From contig CAUYUJ010000326.1 of the NCBI GenBank assembly GCA_963575745.1, positions 62,001-115,337 of the forward strand: a stretch of DNA of 53,337 nt, given 5' to 3'. This document shows, piece by piece, positions 35,441 to 53,337 of this stretch. Within the stretch, counting starts at the first letter, position 1, and every line of letters starts with the position of its first letter. Source of the DNA: Prorocentrum cordatum. Lineage: Eukaryota. The notes under the pieces are model-generated. The model saw only the letters and a program-made list of their open reading frames with translations, was not told where the DNA came from and ran no database searches. Made by a program: the position numbers and the translations under genes.

Positions 35441-36177
35441 TCTAACCATCACGAACCAGAAACGAATGAAACCAGAATGCGCTCCCGAATAAAACCAGGA
35501 CGACGTCCTTATGAAAACCCACTCTCAAGTGGACCAGAGGGCCACGATCCTCGTGAGGGGTGTTCCCGCATTGGGCGTCAGTGGGCCGTCGGCAGCGCTC
35601 CACAGTGGGCCAGGGCCACGATCCATGTGAGAAGTGTGCCGAACTTCAGCGTCGGGCGGCGATCCAAATGTGGCGAGGTCTACGATCCGTGTGAAGGGTG
35701 CGCCGATATTGCTCATCGGTGGGCCGTCGGCAGCGCTCCCAAGTGGGCCAGGACACGATCCTCGTGAGCGGCGTGCCGGAATTGGACGTCGGTGGGCTTT
35801 CGGCAGCGCTCCCGATTGGACCAGGGCCACGATCCTAGTGAAGTGCGCGCCGGAATCGCGCGTCGGAGGGCCAGGCCCACGATCCTCGAGAGGATTGTGC
35901 CGAAATGAAGCGGCTGGCAGTGGCGGTTGCTCCAAATCCGACGTCGACACGAAGGACAGATGTAAAACTGCCGTTTTTCTTCACTTTCTAATGCGAATCC
36001 AATCTGCAGCCTCTACAGCGAATAGTGCACGAAGGTAGGCATTGGCGCGAAAGACACAAAGGCCAGGTTTGAAACTACGGTTTTCGTAATTCCCCTTGTA
36101 GGAGTTCTATTAGGCCTGATACAAAAGAAGAGTACACGAAGGTGAGGTTTGTAGCGGCACGAAGACCATGTGCACCC
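34931..36177. mobile_element. Non-autonomous TIR element (MITE-like) inserted in a (CTA)n tract
   Basis: Ends CTA|GGGT...ACCC|CTA; subterminal inverted match aaacttcaccttcgtgt / acacgaaggtgaggttt; repeated CACGAAG motif; internal tandem units at 35040-35290 and 35530-35890. Confidence 0.7.
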
Positions 36178-37245
<1,068 letters not shown>

Positions 37246-37261
37246 GGCAATGATAATACAT

Positions 37262-37623
37262 ATTACCCCAGTGGGACCCTACCTAGGAGTTGGAGGATCT
37301 AGGAAAGCAACATATAATATCTATATGAGGCTGAGCGAAGCTAAGATGAAGCTAAGCTGAGATGAAATAAGCTAAGCTAAGATGAAGCTAAACTAAGATG
37401 AAGGTAAGCTAAGTTAAGATAAAACTGAGGTAAGATGAAGCTAAGCTAAGGTAAGATGAAATAAGCTAAGCTAAGATGAGATAAACAACACGAAGCTAAG
37501 GAAACGTCACTGGGGGAATCGCGGGGCGGATACTGGGGGAACCGCCCGGGGCGGGCCCCACTGCCCAGCCCTTGAAGCTTACCGAGTAAGAACCCTTCTA
37601 GGCAGAGCCTAGGTAGGGAATAA
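37262..37623 (+). mobile_element. Non-autonomous element, copy 1, with subterminal IRs (CCCTACCTAGG / CCTAGGTAGGG) and an internal (AAGCT)n-like tract
   Basis: The 5' 50 bp and 3' 90 bp are shared with 42608-43178. Confidence 0.75.
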
Positions 37624-38419
37624 TAAAAATACTACTATTGCAAATTCCTTACGCTCCTCACATCTTCCCTGGAAGCAGCTCCTCTCAGTCGAACCACCAG
37701 GCGCATCGTTGGAGCGGGTCAGGCGTTTCGTCTGAGACTTCCTCACCGTCTACGACCTTGAAGCTTGAAATGTCAAGCAACTGCACGGATGCACTTCGGG
37801 CCGCTCTTGTTATGGGGTTAATCGTCTTGGCGCCGCGCACGCAGTCGTCTTTTAAAAACAAGCAATTGCACGGATGGAACGCGAACAGTTGCAAACTCGT
37901 CTGGAAGGCGGGTCATTTGCAGAACGGGGCTCTCGCCTTGGCGCCGAGCGCACTGGCCTCTGAGAACCCACACAATTTTACACACCAGACCCTCCCTGCA
38001 CGGTTTCTCCAGGGGCCGTAGGCGACACGAGGAGGAGGAGGAGGAGGAGGAGGAGGAGGAGGAGGAGGAGGATCAGGAGGACAAGGAGGAGGAGGAGGAG
38101 GAGCAGGAGATGGAGGAGGAGGAGCAGGAGAAGGAGAGTAGGAGGAGGGAGGAGGAGGAGGAGGAGGAGGAGAGGGAGGAGCAGGAGGATGGAGGAGGAG
38201 GAGGAGGACGGAGGAAGAAGGAGGAGGAGGATAGGAGAGAGGAGGAGAGGAGGAGGAGGAGGAGGAGGAGGAGGAGGAAGAGGAGGAGGAGGAGGAGGAG
38301 GAGGAGGAGGAGGAGGAGGAGGAGGAGAGAGGAGGAGGACGGGTCGCCCAAGCCCTTCGGAGAAACCCTCCACCAAACCCCTCCCCCCCAATCCTTCTCC
38401 GTGCCCAGGGCCCGAGATC

Positions 38420-45963
<7,544 letters not shown>

Positions 45964-46404
45964 CTTTGGCGGCGCGCAGAGGGGGGTAGGGAGAGGGGGG
46001 AAGGCCAAGCCAGGTGCGCTAGCGTCACATCTGACGTCCTACCCCTTCCTCCCATCCCGCACCATGGCGCAGAGCTCCCGCCTATTCGCACAGTCGGATG
46101 TCGAGAAGGGCAATGATCCAAAGAGGGTACGCGCTGGATGGAAGAAAAGCATGGCGTAGAAGAGTACGGGGGAAGGTTGCTTCTCAGAAGGCGCCGGCCT
46201 TACATCTACAGATAATGCCCGCGCCCTCTAAGAAGCAGCCTCCTGCTGAGAAGCCCTCCCCCCTCCCCCCTGGCCCCCTCTGCGCGTGGCCGAGTCCTGA
46301 GGGGATACGTGACAGAGGGGGACTGACTTAGGAGAGCAGCTCTCTAGCGCAGACCTCGGGGTGGATAGAGGCCTCTTAGACAGGGTATGAGAAAATAGGG
46401 TCGG

Positions 46405-48705
46405 AGAATCGCGCCGCATCGCAGATACATCGGCGATACATCGGTGATGCATCGTCGACGTGGGCGATGCATCGGCGACGTCGACGTGAAGCAGATCGGG
46501 CCCCACATCGAGCCGCATCGGCGATGCATCGGCGATGCGGCGCGACCCCCGACCCGATCTGCTCCGACCCCATCTGGGAGGCCTGGAGTGGACGAAGGAA
46601 CGAACGAACGAACGAACGCCGGAGTCGTGCGTGCTCCTCTGGGGAGCTCGCCCGTGCCCATTCGGGCACGGCGTGGAGGCCGTGGCCTCGACAGGAGGAT
46701 CTTCTGTTCAAACTTGTGCAGTGTGTGCCCGCTCACATGCTGACCCACAGAGGGGGGGGTGCAGCACACCGGGGGCCAGCTCCGCTCAGATGCCTCTCTC
46801 CCGGCGCCCCCGTGCGCTCTGCGGGCGGCCGTGCTCCGAGGCATGCGCGCCCGGCGGCGGGGCCGAAGCGCCCGGCGGCGGGGCCGAAGCGAAGAGCGCC
46901 TCCCGCGACGGGCGCGACAGGGAAGGATCTCGTCGGCCCGTGGAGCTCAGGATGCGCGACAGGGACGCAGGGGCCTTGCCCTGGGGGGCAGTGTCGACGC
47001 TTTTCGAGCGGGGCGCGGCCTGCGAAGGTCGCTGAGGATGGACCGAGGAGCAAGGGTACCCGTGGGAAGGCTGCCCATCCTCACTATGCAGGCTGACCGT
47101 AGAGAGGATCGCCCAACCATCGCCGATGCATCGGCGATGCCTCGGCAACTCCAGCGCGGAGAAACTCGGGCCCCGCATCGCCGATGCATCGCCGATGCGG
47201 CGCCATCCTCCGACCCCACCTGCTCGGGCTCCATCTGGGAGGCCTCGAGGACAGGGGCTCACCGGCTCAGGGCCGCAGCACCGAGCCCGAATCGGCGCTG
47301 CATCGCCGGCAGGTCGGCGACGGGCCCTCGACGACAAATCCTCATGGCCCCGGGCGGGATGGGCCGGATCAAGGCCCCCGTCGACGAGGAGTGGGCGATG
47401 CAGGGGGTCGATGCGCCACTTCCCTCCAAGCCTGTTCCTCAGCCAGGTTGCCCCTGGAAGGCGGGTCAGAACTCGGATCCTCGGCGGCCCTTCGGGACCA
47501 GCTGGGCAGCCCCGGAGCACTCTCGGCGAGGCGCAGCCGCCAGAAGGGAAACCCCGAGGTTGGAAAACCGCCGAGGACAGGGGCCGTCCGAAAGCCTCGC
47601 CCCCCCGCCCCCCCCCGAACTCGGACGTTGGCCGGACTGGGTTCAGCGGGACCTGCTATAGCGATGCGTACAGGGGGAGACCTCGTAGAGAAGGTAAACC
47701 AGGTTGCCGCGGGGGCCCTCGTAGAGCTCCCTGCCCGCCTAGAGATGCATATGCTCTCCTCGGAGAGTTTCTGAGATTATTCGCTGGCTTCTAGCTTTTT
47801 TTACTGGAGACCAGCAAACCCCACCGACGCAAGGCAGCATACACGCCAAGGGCTCCCGCATCGTTTCACTAACAGGAACTGCCGCCACCCGAAGAGCCAC
47901 CTGCCACGGCAGACGTGGTTCGGTGACTCTGGCCAAAATGTTCGGGCGTCGGGCACCAGTCACTACGACCGGCTCCCCTTACCCGGGGTCCTGGCTAGAT
48001 CCGACCGTGGGAACTGGGGCCTGATTGGGACCGGATTTGGACCGGACTTGGACGGGGCTCGTCACTTCACGAGGGGGACGGGAAGAATGGGGAATTGGAT
48101 GAGGAACAGGAAGGGCGAGGAGCAGCAGGAGGACGGGCCGGATGCGGTCGAAATGCGGCCCAGATGCAGGACAAGCCGACTTCAGTGTCGCCGCCCAAGG
48201 CCCCACGAACAGGCATCGACCGTTCTGCCTCTGCTGCCTTTCGGGCCCTGGCTATATCCGACATCCGACGAACGACAATCAGGAGAGCAAGCAATGACAT
48301 AACCATGAAAACATGGAGGTCTGCGCGGATTCCTCCAATCGGCGCTGGACCGACCCCTTTCGCGTGGCGCGCGAAGCGCGCCAGGGGCGGCACCCAAAAG
48401 GCGCCGCAGGGGGGCTCCAGCGCAGACCCCGAGACGTCCGCGCGGACCTCCGAGGTTTGTTCATGCCATGGTCTGTTCTCCCCCGACACTGGAGAGGCGC
48501 CAGGATGGGGTCCGAGTAGATGGGCTCTGAGGATCGCGCCGCATCGGCGACGCGTCGGCGACGCATCGGCGACGCATCGGCGATGCAACGGCAACGTCGG
48601 CAATGCGTCGGCCATTTCGGCGTGGAGAAAATCGGGCTCCGTATCGAGCCGCATCGCCGATGTGGCCCCATCCTCCAACCCCATCCACTCGGACCCCATC
48701 TACAG
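46405..48705 (+). repeat. Three dispersed copies (about 46405-46590, 47105-47250 and 48530-48705) of a repeat built from GCATCG(G/C)CGAT units
   Basis: Shared g/aatcgc..gcatcggcgatgc..cggg(c)cc..gcatcgccgatg..ccc..ccatct. Confidence 0.75.
48303..48466. mobile_element. Fold-back element related to 38607-38861
   Basis: Arms catgaaaacatggaggtctgcgcgga / tccgcgcggacctccgaggtttgttcatg; shared core tggcgcgcg.agcgcgccaggggcggc. Confidence 0.6.
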
Positions 48706-48713
48706 TGGAGACC

Positions 48714-48900
48714 GATCCACAACAAAACATTTACAACAAATCCAACCCTGAGACCCCAGAACGTCCATCGATTTCTGGCGCGGGAGCGTTACGTCGCGAT
48801 TCCTGCAGCAAAACCATGGAAACCCAAGAAACTCAGGGCACCCAGGAGACAAGCAGGGTGTTTCTTGGCATGGACCTCCATTGTAGTCCGGGGCGGTCTC
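48714..48900 (+). repeat. Uninterrupted paralogue of the repeat split by the giant transposon
   Basis: Matches 4730-4883 and continues (gtccggggcgg) into the right-flank sequence 32168-32178 (gtccgtggcgg). Confidence 0.75.
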
Positions 48901-50704
48901 AGCACAGGAGGAGGAGGGGGGGGGGGGGGGGGAGGAGAGGAGGAGGAGGAGGAGGAGGAGGGAAGAGGAGGAGGAGGAGGAGGAGAGGAGAGGAGGAGGG
49001 GGAGGGAGGAGGGAGAGAGGCGCAGGTGGCGCAGGTGGCGCAGGTGGTGCAAAAAGAGGAGGAGGGGGAAGAAAGGAGGAGGAGGAGGAGGAGGAGGAGA
49101 GAGGAGGAGAGGAGGAGGAGGAGGGGGAGGAGGAGGAGGAGGAGGAGGACGAGGACGAGGAGGAGGGGGGGGGGGGAGGAAAGAGGAGGAGGGAGGAGGG
49201 GGAGGAGCGGCAAAAAGAGGAGGAGGAGGTGCTTCTGAGCGCGGGTCTCCGCTGTAGGAGGATACGCGCTGCCCCCGGGCCCGTCCTTGCGCACCCGCGC
49301 CCGGCGCTCGGCGTGCCGGCCCCGTGGCCTCGCCCTGCCCCGCCGAGGGGCCCTCCCCGCCGAGGGGCGGCGGGCGAGCGCCCGCGCTGGGGCAGGGCTG
49401 CACGGTTTCCCCCGGGGCCCTGGGCGACCCGAGGAGGAGGAGGAGGAGGAGGAGGAGGAGGAGGAGGAGGAGGAGGAGGAGGAGGAGGAGGAGGGAGAGG
49501 GGGATGGGGAAGGGGATCCTCCCATACCGTCTTGTCGGCTCTTGCGACTCGACGACAGTCGGCGCTCAGTCGACGCCAATCGACGCTACATCGACGCCAG
49601 CCGACGCCACGTCGGCGCTGCCTCCTCGACTCCCAGGCGCTGATCGACGCCAGTCGACGCGAAAGCCGGATCCAAGAGGGCCTGTCAGGCTCCCATGATT
49701 CGCTACCGAATACAATCTGCAGCCCTTGTGCTACCACAAGAATCGCCGAATGAGGAACCAGGGGGCGCTTCTGGCCACGGCGAGCCTCGGCCACGAGCAG
49801 GTCCCCCGACCGGAACCTGAGGAACGACCCGAACAACGGAGCCCCTCCGGAGCCCCAAGTGGTCCTCGTCTCAGCGCGGTGGCCGTGCGCACTCGCGAGC
49901 TGCCCTCAACAGAGCAACCCCAAGCCACTTCGAAGCAGGCGTCTGTTTGCCTGTCTCTGCTCCTCTGGAGGGTCTTCGCAGGAGGAGGAGGAGGAGGAGG
50001 AGGAGGAGGAGGAGGAGGAGGGAGGAGGAGGAGGAATGAAGGGGATGAGGAAGGAAGTAGGAGGAGGGGGGGGGGGGGGGTGAAAGGGAGGTTGGAGGAG
50101 GAGGAGAGAGGAGGAATGAGGAGGGGAAAAAAAGGAGGAGGAAGGAGGAGGAGGGGAGGAGGAGAGGGAGGAAGTAGGAGGTGGAGGAGGAGTGGGGAGA
50201 AAGGAGGAGAGGCAGGGAGGAGGGAGGAGGAGGAGGAGGAGGAGGCGGGAAAAGGAGGGGGTAGGAGGGCGGGAGGAGGAGGGGGGGGGGGGGGAGGGGG
50301 GGGGGGAGGGACTAAATGCTTGGGTAGCTTGCTGCTTGGGCGGCTGCTCGGTTGTCCCGGGCCCCCTCACGGCGGGGCAGGCGGGCCACGGTGGCTGGTC
50401 CTATCGCTCCCAAAGCTCCAGCCAACACACGCAGCACGCGCGTGAAAGTCCGCGAAGAATAACCGCTCCTGCCCATCCCTTTCGATCGACTTTTTTGTTA
50501 TTATTTTTTAACTATGGCTCCTTTAGAGGGCAGAAAACCCACCCCCGTAAGAATCACACGCGCAGCCGCTCGGCGAGCGCACCCACAGAAGGTGTCGAAC
50601 AGGGCAGGGCCGCTTCGTAGACGCCCGGGGCCGCTCAGCAAACGCCAGCCATCGGGTCCGGGTGGCTTCTCCTCCCCTGCTCCCTCTCCCTCTCCGAGGG
50701 CGGA

Positions 50705-50910
50705 GGAGACCGAGGGCAGAGGAGCGAGGAGCCAGGGCCGCGAGCGAGGGTCGAGGACCCCGCTCGAGCATCGCAGCACGGCGCCTCGCTCGGGGCCCGC
50801 GGCTCGAGGGGGGCCGAGGGCAGAGGAGCGAGGCCCGAGGACCGCCCGAGGATCGAGGACCCCGCTCGAGCATCGCCGGAACGGCTCCTCGCTCGAGGCC
50901 CGAGGATCAG
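50705..50910. repeat. Two direct copies of ccgagggcagaggagcgagg ... tcgaggaccccgctcgagcatcgc
   Basis: Read directly. Confidence 0.8.
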
Positions 50911-51949
50911 GTCGGGCGTGTCTTCCCACAGGCGGATCTTGCAAGAAAAAAACTCAAAACAATTAAACAATGTAGCAAAGAATCGTAGCTGACTATCCGT
51001 AAACATTCCTCCTGTAGAGGGACATGCCCGACTAAACCCACCCAAAGATCGAGGGTCGATGTCCTTGAACCACTCTGGCCCGCCCCGGGCGTCCAGAGGC
51101 CCCCGACGGGGGACCTCACGGAGATCGCCACAGAGACACCCCCTCCACCTATGTCGCGAGCTCCCTGCCCTGGCAGCCCGCGCTGTGGACGAGCGCACAC
51201 GCCGCCGTGAAACGCGCAGGACCGGAGATCAAGATCGGCCAGCCCCCTGTGTGGTATGCTGGTCAAGCCAGATCGATCCGCGAGGGTCCTGAGGCCAGCA
51301 GCAGCGCAGCCCCGAAAACCCGGCCGGGGACCGCTGGGGGGAAAGAGGACCGCCGAGGAGGCCCGGCCTGGCTGACGGAGGCCCCCCAAGGCCCACGGAG
51401 GTCCGGCGAGGCCTCTGAGGATGCCTGTCCAGGGGGGTCCTCAAGTTTCATGGGGTTGATCCTCCTTCTCCTCCTCCTCCTCCTTCCTCCTCCCTCCCGC
51501 TCCGACGACGACGACGACGATGACGACGACATGTGACAAAGGACGAACGACAAACGACAAATGACAAACGACGAACGACGACGCACGACAGACGGCAACA
51601 ACGGACGACGACGGCCCGCCTCCACCCCCCCACCAGCCTCATACTCCCTTTCTCGGGCGCACGCTAATATGGATCAGGAAGAAGTGGATCTGGTGCGCGG
51701 TCCCCAAATCCATGGATCGGGAAGCCACCCAAAAGAAATGGCGCCTGTGCCGCCCGCCTTGGTGACGGAGCGCGCCGATTCTAAACGGAAACGGGACCCC
51801 ACCCGTCGCTAATCCTTGCGCCTTCAGGTATGTTTGCATTTCCTCGACTCTCTAGGGCCGCCCCCCCCCGCCCCCCAAACCCTCTCGCGGCACGTCGGTT
51901 CAGAAAATGGCCCTCCCTAGTTTTGCTTTCGGGCGCTCATGTCGACATC

Positions 51950-52640
51950 CAGTAAGACTCAAGACAGCTTAAAGTCGTCCAAAACGCATGCAGGAAGTCC
52001 CATGACCATCCATCCGAAGACGGTCCGACGAGACCCCAAAAACTGCCAAATCTCCCCTGTATGTCCCAAGATGCTCCAAGAAGCCTCACTGCAAGAGGTA
52101 TCAAGCGAGGCCCGAAGAGACGAAAACCAATACTGCAAAACATGTGAGAAATCCACATGATTCGCTCCCGAGGCCTTTCGGCTTCAAATCGCTTCGAAAA
52201 AGCTTCAGAGAGCCAGCAGAAGCCCCCAAGACGGCCCAAAACTGCCCCGCAAGAGCCACCAGGTCGGCCCAAGACTTCCCGATAACCCTCCAAGATGTCC
52301 CAACAGGGCCCCCAAACCGATGGAACGAGGTCGAGTTGAAGACCCACGCAGCCGCGCGCTGCGAAGGCACGGATGTCACATGCACCCTGAGACCATCCGA
52401 AGACGGCCCAACGAGCTCCCGAAGGCTGGCAGATCTCCCCCCAATATGCCCCAAGAGGTCCTTAGAAGCCGCAAAGGAGTTGCTCCAAGAGACGCACAGC
52501 GAGCCCCAAGGAGCCCCCAAGACGGCCCAACACTGCCCCAAGAGAGCACGCAGATGGCACCAAGACTGCCCGAGAACCCTCGGAAGCAGCCCAAAAGGAC
52601 TCCAAAAACGGCACCGAAACAGAGGGAACAACGAAGAATT
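51950..52640. repeat. Strand-biased degenerate repeat rich in CCCAAGA motifs
   Basis: Recurring cccaaga/ccaaga; gcccccaagacggcccaa..ctgcccc occurs twice. Confidence 0.55.
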
Positions 52641-52687
52641 GAGGACGCACGCGAAGGGCACTACAGCATAGGTGGGGTTACTCTGGT

Positions 52688-53337
52688 CCTCCTCCTCCTC
52701 CTCCTCCTCCTCCTCCTCCTCCTCCTCCGCCTCCGCCTCCTCACCCCCGTCGTCCTCCTCTGCCATTATCCTCCCCCCACTCCTCCCCCTCCCCCCTCCC
52801 CTCCCCCTCCTCTTCCTCCTCCTCCTCCTCCTCCTCCTCCTCTTATTATTCTTCTTCTTCGTATTATTCTTCTTCTTCTTCTTATTATTCTTCTTCTTCT
52901 TATTATTATTATTATTATTATTATTATTCTTATTATTAGTATTCTTATTATTCTTCTTATTATTATTATTCTTATTATTATTGTTCTTATTATTCTTCTT
53001 CTGCTTATTATTCTTCTTCTTAGTCTTATTATTCTTCTTATTTTTCGTCTTGTTATTCTTCTTATTAGTATTATTATTCTTATTCTTCTTCTTCTTCTTA
53101 TTATTATTATTATTATTCTTCTTATTATTATTATTCTTCTTATTATTCTTATTATTCTTATTATTATTATTATTCTTCTTCTTCTTATTCTTCTTATTCT
53201 TCTTCTTCTTTTTCGTCTTCTTTTTCTTATGCTTCTTCTTCTTCTTATTCTTCTTCTTATTCTTCTTATTCTTATTATTATTCTTCTTATTCGTCTTCTT
53301 CTTCTTCTTCTTCTTCTTCTTCCTCCTCCTCCTCCTC
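52688..53337. repeat. (CCT)n and (TCT/TAT)n microsatellite
   Basis: Read directly. Confidence 0.95.

Noticed and set aside
37640..38000. Candidate terminal exon of the PAP/fibrillin-like gene
   Set aside because: No frame gave a recognisable continuation
49740..49830. Candidate upstream exon FRSGDLLVAEARRGQK
   Set aside because: Good acceptor but no convincing in-phase donor

Overview
This is GC-rich eukaryotic DNA saturated with microsatellites. GT/GC/GA-AG introns with AG|G junctions and a relic spliced leader point to a dinoflagellate (inference). The main feature is a 27,272-bp cut-and-paste DNA transposon at 4884-32155. It has 23-bp terminal inverted repeats (first 13 bp perfect) and a perfect 8-bp target-site duplication, CCACTGAG. 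It encodes an apparently intact, intron-containing hAT-like DDE transposase of about 1,900 aa. Co-oriented cargo comprises a multi-exon C5-cytosine DNA methyltransferase with motifs I-IV, VI and VIII-X, a large Zn-finger plus JmjC/cupin-like protein, and one or two orphan ORFs. The element split an interspersed repeat whose uninterrupted paralogue lies at about 48.7-48.9 kb. It appears to sit in the first intron of a guanine/cytidine-deaminase-family host gene. The rest of the window holds a decayed non-LTR retrotransposon, a PAP/fibrillin-like gene interrupted by a fold-back insert, several non-autonomous elements and long microsatellites. All protein assignments come from motif recognition by eye; no database searches were run.
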